NCBI GenBank assembly: GCA_020891255.1
Contig: BQFW01000001.1
Coordinates: 682,001-746,000, forward strand
DNA: 64,000 bases
Source of the DNA: Entomortierella parvispora E1425
Lineage: Eukaryota > Fungi > Mortierellomycota
Direction of reading: 5' to 3'
The notes below the pieces were generated by a model. The model did no database searches. It was not told where the DNA came from and saw only the letters and a program-made list of their open reading frames with translations. This document shows positions 23,226 to 34,118 of the stretch, piece after piece. A program made the translations under genes and the position numbers. Each line of letters opens with the position of its first letter. Position 1 is the first letter of the stretch.

Positions 23226-24690
23226 TTTTTAGTAGCGAACACAAAATGACCGACCGTACCTTGACCACTGGTGACTATAGATCTTTCATAGCATTCCGAG
23301 CGTCTTCAGTCCTAAATGTTGAAATCGCTAGCGCTTCCCAGGAGGAGGAGGAGGAGGTTGGATCACAGTTCGATGCCTTCCAATTGAAGAAAGTCTCATC
23401 CCAAGTTTGGAGCATCATACGACTCTTTAGTGCTAAATTGACCCGCCGGATCCTCATCGCCTTGTCCAACCCTCCCCTCCGATGCCGAGAAGGAGTGCTT
23501 GCTTTTAGCAGGCATCCGTCCTAGTCTCTCCTGTTGGACATTCAATTTGGGATCAAGTGCCTGAATCAGGTTCGCTCGCTCGAACCTTAAGTAGGTGCAG
23601 CCAGTCTGTGTCAGGATGCCCAGCTCCTGCCGTTCTTTGCCGTTGATGAAGCAAGTTCTGCTGTCGCCTACTCCTGTCATCGTTGTCACCATCGTCATCG
23701 TCATCGTCATCGTTAAAATCTCGAGTTGAATGTGACGCGATTCAAGGACAACTAGAATCGCGTCCATGAGCGCGGAAATGTGAAAAACGACATTCTTCGG
23801 TCGTGAGATGCTTGTCCAGCAGACATGGCCAGGGAATGAGAATGAGGATGAAGATGTGGCCATGCTACTCCCCTACCTGCATCCCCTGCAGTAAGTAGCT
23901 GGTGCAGGTCTGAGGTGTGGCTGTGCACTCCACAACCATACTGGCTGTTGGGAACACGTGTCGTGGACTGTCGATCTCTCTGAAGACCCTCGGGTGACGA
24001 AGAGCACTGAGGGCCATTGACAACAAGAGGTCTGTCCGCCTGTCCGTCTGACCCACAGACTGTCCCGCACCTTTGGCTTCAACTCCGTGTTTTTTTCATT
24101 TTTTTTATTTTTTTATTCCAATTCCGTCGCGTTCCAGCGTGGTTGCACCAAGGACGATCGTAAAAGCCAGGACGGTGCGATGCGCCACTCAAAATCAGGA
24201 CGGGGGACCAACCAGCAAAGAGTAGAATCACAATACGACCCTCTTTCTGCTACTGTAACGGAACCCTGAGGATGGAGCAGAATGCTGCTGACCCTTCGCG
24301 CCCTCTCGCTGCCAATGGTAACCGATGACGATAGCAACCTTTTTTCGCCTTCAACCCACTCGCTCTTTTTTCCCCCCTCCAGCTGGCAAACCCCACCCTT
24401 TTCTCTCTTCGAACATCTCATCCGTAGGCTTCTCTCATTTTGCGCTGCGAAGAAAGCAGCCTCTTGACTCACCATCCTCATCACCTACACCTGTCTTCCC
24501 GATAATCACCCCTGCATTGACTTGCATTTGATCAAACTGGATCTGCTCCATCCACACCACCATCGCATTTGTCATCCAGACCGGCACTCAGTACGATACA
24601 CCTTCATTTCAGCTTGACATTGGCTACTCACTTTATCCAAGTTTTCAACTAATCACCAGCTTTTGCCCTTTGACAGGCGGGCATTGCATC

Positions 24691-27600
24691 ATGTTAGGAA
24701 AAAACAATCATCCATCGAACAGTACCAATCCAACCAACAAGAAGCAAAAGAAATCAAAGAAAGTCAGACTACTTCGAAACCCATTCATCGAGCCTATAGC
24801 ACACACGCATCATGAATTCAACAACGGGGGTTGGAACAACCCCTTCTTGGATAGCAACGGTCTAGTGCTGCCAAGAGAAGTCACTCAAGATGTCGAGGAG
24901 GGTGACGATGAGGACGAACAAGACGAAGAGAGAACAGTCCAGGCCAGGAGAGAGGCATTGGCGGCTTTGGATCCAAAGAACAAATCGGCTTCCTTGCAGG
25001 CAGAGTTCAGGCCACTTAGGGCTCACATCCCCATCCACGAAGCAGCAACCTCGCCTGAACAATCCCCGGCACAGGATCGGGACCCATTTTCAGACGACAT
25101 GCAACTTTCAGCAACAGCAGCGGCGGAGGCGTCACCAGTCATGACAGAGACACCTCTTTCATCCACTTTTGTCTCCCATCCTCGCCCCCACCCCATGGGC
25201 CACAACCGTAAACCGAGCACCAGCAGCGTTCGTAGCCACAATCGAACTAGTAGCGTCAGCACTTCTGGCAATTCACTCTTGTCGACTCCAAAACGGGTCC
25301 CTGATATCGCAATCTGTCAAGCAACGCCCTCTCCACCCCCATCTATCAGATCTGGTCGCCACCATCATCGTGGATTATCTTCGGCAAGTATTGTTCAACA
25401 GAACTCTACCTTGCTCTCGACAAATTACACCCCATCGCCACTATCGCTTTGGTCAGATGACGCTGACAAAGATGCAGGACTCTCTGTCAGCACAAAGGCG
25501 TCTTCGAATCGATCCACGGTGATCTACAAGAATACATTCCAAAGAGTAGGCTCGGCATCTACAACATTCTCTTCTGAATCTTTGGGGAGTCGTACTGGAG
25601 ATCAAGGACAGGATGAGGGAATTCCAGACCATATCGGAGCACAAATCGGAACGAGGGTATCTTTGACTTTGCTAGACACAAACGAAAAGAGAAACACGTT
25701 TGGGCAGCGTCTTTATTCATCAAAGTGGTCAGGATCACAAAAGAAAAGCAAGGGGGACCATGGACTTTTATCCAACATTGATCCTTGGGATTTTTGTGAT
25801 GACATGCTAGGTCTTCATGGCTTTGATGACGATAGCGACGACAAGGTTACCGGTGGTCGAACCGGACTATTGTTTGGCGGAAACAATGAAAATGGTCCAT
25901 CCCCACTGAAAGGAAAAGTCGGCGGTCGTCGACGGAGCAGCGATGACCAGACCGGTGAAATTGTACAACGCTTTGGCAAACTCGGTAGGATTGGAGCTTT
26001 GGCGAGTGGTGCGATTTCAATGGCCAGCCACCCCAGCGACGTCGAAGACTGGATCATGCACCCTCGAACAGCAGCCATCCGAGGCACCTTCCACAAGGTC
26101 CACGATGTAGTTCCTGTCCCCATCAAGTCACCCCGACCATTGTCGTCTTCCTCCGACTATACTACAATCTCTCTCGCCTCACCACCTGCTCATCGATACT
26201 CCAATGCATTTGGAGGCAACCTTGAGCAAAGCGATATGACAGGCGGCAAAGGGGGCTCGCTTTCCAGAACTGGTTCCTTGGACTCGTTTTATCGACTCAA
26301 ACGTGGCGCGTCGTCTCTTTTGATGGGTCTTGGTTCTGTGACTCTTGGAGACAACCAGAACAAGAAGCAAGATACACAGGTACAGACGATGATGGATGGT
26401 GGTGCTGCTTCATTGTCGCCTACATTGCCTCGCACAGCAATGACAAGCCAGCGATCAAGCTCAATGACATTTGGTTCTCGAAAGTCTCCTTCTCCTCCTC
26501 CTCCTCCTCCTCCCCCACCATCCATTTCGACTTTTCCATCTCTACCCTCTTTTCATACTCTTCTCACGACAGGACTCAGCCGATCGTACACCGTTCCTTC
26601 GTCTTCCTCCTCGGGAAATATCTCCCCTCCTCCATTTTCACCCACAGCCTACCTGCGTCGATCTCAAACTACCGCGGCCACTGGAAGACCCATGTCGTTT
26701 TCGCCACCCATTTCTCGAAGAAAGAATACTCCTGTGATGATTCCCACGATCGTCGTCCCAGAGATTGTACACAACGGCGAGGCCTCCCCAAGGCCACATT
26801 CGGCTACCATGGTGACGTGCTCCGAGGGTGCTTTGGACTTTGCAGCTTCATCCATGACCATGATCTCTGGTGGCTGGGGCGAAGACGATGGACTTCAATC
26901 TGGATCACCCACCTTCAGTCTGCGCTCAGTTTCATCTAGAACTTTTCAACGATTGGTACCTGTCCAGCAAGGCGACAGCCATCTAAGGGTTCCTGAGCTT
27001 GCCAGTAAGAACCACACGCAGACAGGCTCGGGAACATCTTTGGCAACAGCCGCCATGGCCGCTGCTCAGCGTGCTCGATTCCAGCCTGTACCATCTAGCT
27101 CTCCCAGCGATCTACACAGGATAGCTTCTTCCGGCTCTGACTGTTCGATGACAGGGCCATTATCAGGAGATGACTTTATTGGACAGTTTGAGCGTGAGCG
27201 AGCCAGCGCAAGAAGAGCAGGGTTCGGATCTGTGGCTGGCTCGTCTTCCTCTACCTTGGCAAGCTCCCTTCACCAGAACAGTCAAACCCATGGGCTCCGC
27301 CAGACAATGGAACGGGGGCTTTCTTTTGCAAAGAGTGCGAGTTTCTTTGATAGCAGTAACAATAGTATGATCAGCACAGGTCATGATAGCCAACACGCTG
27401 ACGAGGACAAGAGCGTCAAAGGCTCTCGTCGGTCCTTCTTGCGTGGTCTGTTTGGCTTCTTTACTGGTACTTCATCGTCATCGGCTGCTGCTTCTGATCA
27501 GACTGCTCGTGCGCTGGCGGCGCACCACCATTTGCGACAAAGACAAGACTCGGGCCAGTCAGATATCTCTGAGAAACTGATGCATCTCCCAGAGCCTTCA

Positions 27601-28020
27601 CCCTTTGAGGGAATGTGTTCTTGCCGTGGGGTAGTCAACATCTCGAGCATGCTTCTGATCCTCTCTGGATTGATTCTCCTCATTCTCGGGTACCCAATTG
27701 CAGCCAGTATAAAGAAGGAACGGATGGAGGCGGAAGCAGAAGCCGCATCGATGGCAAAGTCTCTTTCTTCTGCGGCGTCAGTTCAATACTCATCTGCAGA
27801 GGCAGCGGCTATGGGAACGCCTAATGCGACGATTGCCAACCTGAAGTTGAATGAAAGCACAGTGTTGGAATCCAAATCGATTGGATCGTCGACAACAGGA
27901 ATAGAGAAGGTGGGACCCAGACCGCTGATTCAGGTCAAGTTTGCCATGATGGACAAATATAACCATTCTACGGGATTCCTGTTTAGCAAGGATTTTTACA
28001 ACCGGACGGCATCTCCATAG
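24691..28020 (+). CDS. Large S/P-rich low-complexity protein with one C-terminal TM helix resembling the Kre6/Skn1 anchor
   Basis: Single long ORF (ATG 24691). Hydrophobic segment CSCRGVVNISSMLLILSGLILLILGYPIA at 27615-27702. No globular domain recognised. Confidence 0.8.
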   Translation: MLGKNNHPSNSTNPTNKKQKKSKKVRLLRNPFIEPIAHTHHEFNNGGWNNPFLDSNGLVLPREVTQDVEEGDDEDEQDEERTVQARREALAALDPKNKSASLQAEFRPLRAHIPIHEAATSPEQSPAQDRDPFSDDMQLSATAAAEASPVMTETPLSSTFVSHPRPHPMGHNRKPSTSSVRSHNRTSSVSTSGNSLLSTPKRVPDIAICQATPSPPPSIRSGRHHHRGLSSASIVQQNSTLLSTNYTPSPLSLWSDDADKDAGLSVSTKASSNRSTVIYKNTFQRVGSASTTFSSESLGSRTGDQGQDEGIPDHIGAQIGTRVSLTLLDTNEKRNTFGQRLYSSKWSGSQKKSKGDHGLLSNIDPWDFCDDMLGLHGFDDDSDDKVTGGRTGLLFGGNNENGPSPLKGKVGGRRRSSDDQTGEIVQRFGKLGRIGALASGAISMASHPSDVEDWIMHPRTAAIRGTFHKVHDVVPVPIKSPRPLSSSSDYTTISLASPPAHRYSNAFGGNLEQSDMTGGKGGSLSRTGSLDSFYRLKRGASSLLMGLGSVTLGDNQNKKQDTQVQTMMDGGAASLSPTLPRTAMTSQRSSSMTFGSRKSPSPPPPPPPPPSISTFPSLPSFHTLLTTGLSRSYTVPSSSSSGNISPPPFSPTAYLRRSQTTAATGRPMSFSPPISRRKNTPVMIPTIVVPEIVHNGEASPRPHSATMVTCSEGALDFAASSMTMISGGWGEDDGLQSGSPTFSLRSVSSRTFQRLVPVQQGDSHLRVPELASKNHTQTGSGTSLATAAMAAAQRARFQPVPSSSPSDLHRIASSGSDCSMTGPLSGDDFIGQFERERASARRAGFGSVAGSSSSTLASSLHQNSQTHGLRQTMERGLSFAKSASFFDSSNNSMISTGHDSQHADEDKSVKGSRRSFLRGLFGFFTGTSSSSAAASDQTARALAAHHHLRQRQDSGQSDISEKLMHLPEPSPFEGMCSCRGVVNISSMLLILSGLILLILGYPIAASIKKERMEAEAEAASMAKSLSSAASVQYSSAEAAAMGTPNATIANLKLNESTVLESKSIGSSTTGIEKVGPRPLIQVKFAMMDKYNHSTGFLFSKDFYNRTASP

Positions 28021-29013
28021 CAAGAGCAAAACAAGAATATATTTTCTATCTATCCAATCATGTTTGAGAGGCCTAATGGCTTGAGTGGCGCCAAGGACAT
28101 GATTTGGACGCGTATTGGACGCGCGAGAAGGCGCAACTTAAGAGTCCCTCCAAGGAGAGGCAGCTGTGCACGGAGGGAGGGGACTCGACTCTGCCGTTCC
28201 CCTGGAACGTGGTCGATCCAGAGAGCATGGACGCAATCCCACGGGTCTCCAGACACTGGCAAATAATAATGTAATTGAGGGTGGAAGTGCTCTCAATTTC
28301 CCGCGTCCGTCCCCTCGAGCAGGCCATTATCGATTTTCATTCAATGGAAGGTAAAAATAGGCCGACACCGGCGCACATCCGCATCCCTGCCGCCCATGGT
28401 CCTTGCTGGCCTTGTCTTGCTTACCGTGCTTGTGCTGGAACGATGTTTATGCCGGATCGATGCTCTCACTTGGTGGTGTGTGTTGTGTGTCCACACGCGA
28501 GGTCGGTGGACTCTTGCCAAGAGGATCAAAGATGATGAAGGCCATTGGTCAACCCTTTTCCCTTCTCTCTTTATCCATCTTCATCTCCACTCTTCTCTTA
28601 TTAACCTTCATCCCCATCTTATGCCCCCCTCTTTGTGCGCCCATTCATCCCCAATTGTAACGTCTCCCACCCTCCATCGCCTCACGGACTTCTTGTATAC
28701 ACCTTCCTCTCATCCACTCACGTACTCAACCGTTGGGACCCAGTGCGCTCATTGCGGCACATATCCACAACCCTATCTCTCTTCATCCATCCTCACCTCC
28801 CTCGACATTTGCTATTGACCCCCGCTCCTGGCCTGCCCATTTGCGCCCATTAGAGCATCCACATTTCATTCAAGTCCCTTCTGGAAACATTTAGGTCTCT
28901 GACAAGAAACACAACCCCTGGCGGAACCCCTGGCTTCCTCTCCTTGTTCTTCCTCTCTGCCCCTGGCATAAGACCACAGAACCCAACACATACACAGCTT
29001 TGTCAAAAAAGTC

Positions 29014-32000
29014 ATGAGCGTCACCGGCAGCGCATTCGTCGACTTTGTGATTGGCTTTGCCGTCTCATTAGTTGCCTCGGTCATGAACGCAGCAGGACTC
29101 AACCTGCTCAAACTGGACCATGTTCGCAACAGTGCCTTGGCTCAGGACCGGCAACGGAATGAATGTGGCCGGCCCATGTGGCACATTGGCTTGTACCTCT
29201 ATGTGGCCAGTCAACTGGCTGGCAGCACAATAGCCCTCAGTAAGTGCTGTTTATTGCATGCGATAGACTGATAGAAAGACATCGGGCGTATTGATAGTGA
29301 TCTGACGTAGAAACGGGGCTCGATGGTCCCTCCCGCTGTTGACCCTTTTTGTTGGCTTGAACTTGGCTTACTGCTACACTCGAGAGACAATCTCCACCCC
29401 CGTGAATGAAAAAAAAATGAACAACCTTTCTAACTTTACTGTGTAATTTTTCCTCTCTAGATTTTCTCAAGACACAATGGGTAGCGCCACTAGGATCGAT
29501 TGCACTCATCTTCAACTTTGTATTTGCAAAGATTCTGGTTGGGACACAGATCACGCGGCAGGATGTTTATGGCACGATTGTCGTCATGGCGTCAGTAGTC
29601 TGGATCGTAGTCTTTGGAGGGATGAACTCTGGCGGTGACATTGAGGACACCTTGACGCTTGCCGACCTGAAAGCTCTGTTCTCGCGGGTGGTGTTCATCA
29701 TTTACTTCTCCATCCTGAACGCCATTATCTTTTCATTCTTGGCCCTGGGCATGTATGCATACTGGGCAATCTCTCTGGACGACGATTCAGGACAGATGCG
29801 GAAGAATATGAAGACAAAACTCACTCAACTCTTGGGCAAAAACCGTTTGGCCAGAGCCAGCGGATTGACACTGGAGGGCGATGAGGGTCTAGAGGCTGAG
29901 GCGAGGGATCAGAGACTGAAGAAGGTGGTGGCCATGATCATGTCCTCCTGTGGAGGTCTCTTGGCCAGTGAGACGTTGTTGTTGGCCAAGAGCGGCGTCA
30001 AGTTGATCACGTCGACTCTTGCTGGACAGAACCAGTTTACAGACAATTTGAGCTATTTCATTCTTTTTGTCTTGGTCTTCACGGCTATCCTACAGGTAAG
30101 CAATAGTAGCGAGGCAGGAGGAAGGGGCTTGAAAAGGAAAAGGAAGAGGATATCCCGGCTTCCCAACGTGGCGTTGACGAGAAATGTCTGTGTCATGATC
30201 TGGCAACGACTTCTGTTTAGGGCCTTATTTTAACTCTTTTTCCTATTCAACTTCCCTTGACTTGGGTGCTCTTTACATTTCGGCATAGGTATACTGCCTG
30301 AATACTGCCTTGAAGCTCTATGACTCGGTCCTGGTCGTCCCAACGTTCTATGGATTCTACACCGCCTTTGGATTAGTCAACTCGACCATTTATCTGAACC
30401 AGCTTGGATCCTATGAGCCTTGGGTTCTACTTTTGGTTCTCCTGGGCATCGCATCTTTGATCTATGGTGTCAGGATGCTGAGCGCGCCCAAACCTGAACT
30501 CAACCCGTCAGGAGGAGCTCTCTCAGCCCTGGACAATGGATACTTGGACGATGAGGATGACGATGCACATGAGATGGAGCACCGAAGCAAAGCAGGGAGC
30601 AAAGGGACCAAGAACATCCATGGCGACACGATTAAAGGACCCAAGAAAACCAAGCTCTCGACTCGACTCAAGAAATCCCTGAACAACAAACGACAGAGTC
30701 ATGCTGGTGCAGGAAAGACCCTGGATGAAGAGAATGACATACCATCGCTCTATAGCAGTCGCCGAGGGATGATGGACGACGAATCGAGTGAGATCTCCTC
30801 TACTCTTGGAGGAGCTAACAGCAGCAGTGGAGCTTCCGGCGTGGGTAGCATCGCAGGAACTTCGACCCGAACACGAGGCTTGAGCTTTGCAAGCAAATCG
30901 AGCTTCCAGTCAGATCCATTCAGGACCCCAAAAGACAGTCGATCGATTAACGAGGACTATATGGGAGGCGCTGGCGGTCAATCGCCCGCGTCTGCCGTGG
31001 GCACTAGACGATCATTGCCGTTCACCAATTCACCGTTGATGGTAGAAGAAGAAATTGAGCCAACGCATGTACTCGTAGATACCACAGAAGAACTAGATGG
31101 CTCTGACGATGAGGGCCACGCAGGCCATCAATTTCAACGGCAACAGCAGCAGCAGCAGAGGCGGGAGAGCATGTTGAAGGACTCGCTCAAGAACCTGACT
31201 ATGCACGAGAAGAGAGCTAGCTTGGGAAACCAGTGGTCGAGTCAGTCACAATCCCACCTCTTTCACCAACAACAATTACAGCAGACGCAACCAGAGCAAG
31301 GGCAACTTCCAACGAGGATTGACACGACTGCTGGACGGTCGCGTCGGGATTCTGCACGGTTATCCAACTCTGCGGGGGCTGTATCTGTGGAACACATGTC
31401 ACCCAGTCAATTCCGCGCTCATCTCACCAAATCCCGACCTTTGCAAGATGAGAGCAACGGCGCTGGTTTGGGTTATGAGGATAGAGATGGCTTGGATGAA
31501 GTTGTAGGATTCTCTTCTACTACGGCCTCGAATCAACCTTTGGCGCGAAGTCATTCTGTCCGCTGGTCGACAGGAAGTTCAAAGATTGATCAGGTCTTTG
31601 AGGATTTGAATCCGTTCAAGTCCATTAGTGGCTACCAAAACAACACTACAACTAGCAACAACCGGGAATCTATCGGAAGTGTGATTTCGGCCGCGGCCAC
31701 AGTTGCCATGGCAGCTGTTGGATCGACCATCCCCGCTTCTACAGGCCAAGCAACAGGGCCTGAAAGGCCATCGCATGGGAGACAGGACTCATTCACGGGA
31801 CTGCCATCCGAGTGGGATGTGCCTGGTCGGAAAAAGAGACATTCGATGCGATTTGGCGATGTTGTTCGATCGAACTCTGCTTCTGGCGGACTGAGCTCTC
31901 CCTCCACAGCCTCTTCAGCAGCCGCCTCTGCCGAGACAGGACCAGGTTCGGGATCGGGATCGGGATCGTCTTCATTGTCCTCCTCGTCCACCCCCTCGCA

Positions 32001-32211
32001 TTCGGGTATGCCATCACCTGCATTGAACATCACAAATACGACTTCTTCTGCTGAAGGGGCGATACCCTTTGCGTTTGCAGGCGGTGTGGTGGTGGATGAG
32101 AGGAATGGGCCCTCAGACTATGTGACGCCGTCCCCTCGAACTTCGAGGATCATGTCCTCGCCCGAGATCCAACTCACTGGATTCAACTTTCCGGCCTCCT
32201 TGGCATCATAA
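29014..32211 (+). CDS. NIPA/DUF803 family Mg2+ transporter-like protein with a long disordered C-terminal tail
   Basis: Exons 29014-29239, 29461-30095 and 30289-32211. Motifs LVASVMNAAGLNLLKLDH, WHIGLYLYVASQLAG, VAPLGSIALIFNFVFAKIL and QVYCLNTALKLYDSVLVVPTFYGFYT. Confidence 0.88.
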
Positions 32212-32530
32212 GTCATGCATGACACATTCAGCAAGATCTTGAAAAAAAAATAAAAAAATAAAAAAACACGAGCATTTTACCCAAAGAGTCCAAACGGTGC
32301 CTGAGAAAGAGGTGATTGGCGTACAAGTTAAGATGCCACAAGAACTGATTCACAGGTGCCTCTCCCAACCAGGTCCAAGGCACATATGGCAACGACAGTC
32401 TGATTTGGATAAAAATGTTGTATTTACAGGGCTATCGAGCAACAGAGTGGGGGACCTTAAGAGATCCCCGTGGAGGTATGTAGAAAGAGAAGGGCCTGCG
32501 TGTACCACTTGACGAATCCTAGGTTTGTTT

Positions 32531-33519
32531 TTACAACTCGACACGGCCGGACAACATTGAGTCCAAACGTCCGTTCTCCTTTGCGGCGACAAGATCAGAG
32601 TTGCCTATGTTTTTTTTTTTTTTAAAAAAAAAAAAAAAAGAAAAAAAAGAGATTGTTTAGCGCCAGGTCATAAGTTTGCTGTGGGTTGGAGAGAGGTCAT
32701 ATAACAGCTCAAGTCCAGGGATCAAGTGCTTTACCTCCGAGGTGCTGGCTGTTGATGAAGATGTTTGGAACGGTCTATGTTCAGATCATTCGAATTTTCA
32801 AATCCAGGTTTTGGGTTAGCTCCACATTCATTCAAATCGAACAAGTTCATTGGCGCCAGGCAAGAGTGTTCAAAACAGCCACTTACGCGCTGGCCAGTCT
32901 TTTGCTGAAGGTAGTCCTGGACTTCGGGACCGCCTTGCTCCTGATCGATCTCGAAGGTCTTGAATTGGATGCCCTTGCCGCTCAAGACCGATTTTGCGTT
33001 CTTGCTGTGACTATATCATACGACAACATGCCAGAGACAGTAGAGAAAAGACAAAGAGAGAGAGAGAGATAGACAGATGGATGGGTGCACCTCGTGTTAA
33101 GTCCTCGTGGAATACAGACTGTGTGGTTTTTGAATCAATTGAACGCGCCTAGAACAACCGTAGCACAATTGACAAAGCAAGGAAAGACTCTGCTCCCACC
33201 CCTGAATCGTCCGGTTTGAAATATGTCCCCCCCTTTTTGTTGTCGTGCGTTCTTGGTTCTTCATTCCTCTCTACCCCTCATTCAATCGACCTTTCCTCAT
33301 CCCCTGCCAGTCCTTTAGCATGCATTCAACACTCACGGGCAGTAGCTCTTGCTAAAGAGCATGACCTTGTTCTCGCCTGTATAGGTTCGTTCATTCGTTC
33401 AATGGAGCATGATTAGCTTTAGGTTGATCGTTTTTTCAAAGTTTTTGGCTCTGAGGTCAAGCGAGGACGGGGCACTCACGGATAAGTCTGTCGACCATGG
33501 CCTTGATGGATTCGCCCAT
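32531..33519 (-). CDS. Glutaredoxin (predicted CPHS active site)
   Basis: Five exons give MGESIKAMVDRLI / RENKVMLFSKSYCP / HSKNAKSVLSGKGIQFKTFEIDQEQGGPEVQDYLQQKTGQR / TVPNIFINSQHLGG / NSDLVAAKENGRLDSMLSGRVEL. The TVP and GG motifs are present. Confidence 0.9.
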
Positions 33520-34046
33520 TGTTGTTAGTAGAAACGAAAAGGTAGGTATGCTGATGAGGGTGTAGAGGGTAAAGAAAGGAAAACAAAAAAGACGAATGAG
33601 AAGGAAAAGGAGAGAATTGATCCTCCAAAGGAGTCAAAGTTCCAGCGCTTCGTATGAACCCTAAACCCTTCTCAGGGGCTGAGAAAAATATCCTGGCGTG
33701 GGGAGGAACGTCCAATTCACTCTTCTAATTTTTCTTTTCTCCAGTCCTTCCGCTCACCCACTCTTTCACACGCCCTTGCTCCATATCCCATCCTTTGCTT
33801 CACCCACCCCCGTTCATCAAGGAATGACAGACAGAAAAGTACCGGCAGTTTTCGCGGACCAAAAAATAAAAACAAAAAGCGTTGCTGAAGGATGTTGCTT
33901 GAGAGAATCACCAGAAATCGTCGTCTTGAGGAACCAATGGCTCCTTCCTGTGCTTCCCTCTCTCTGTCTAAAACTTCCCGGCGTGAGAAGAGGCCTCAGT
34001 CGTCTTGACCAAGAGCTAAAAAGAAAAATCTTTTGAGAAAGCAAAA

Positions 34047-34118
34047 AGCAGAAAACCGGGTTTGAACCGGTGACCTGCCGATCTGCAGTCGGCTGCTCTA
34101 CCACTGAGCTATTCCTGC
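34047..34118 (-). tRNA. tRNA-Cys(GCA), intronless
   Basis: GCAGGAATAGCTCAGTGGTAGAGCAGCCGACTGCAGATCGGCAGGTCACCGGTTCAAACCCGGTTTTCTGCT. Acceptor stem GCAGGAA/TTTCTGC, A and B boxes, anticodon GCA, U discriminator, followed by an oligo-T Pol III terminator. Confidence 0.95.
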
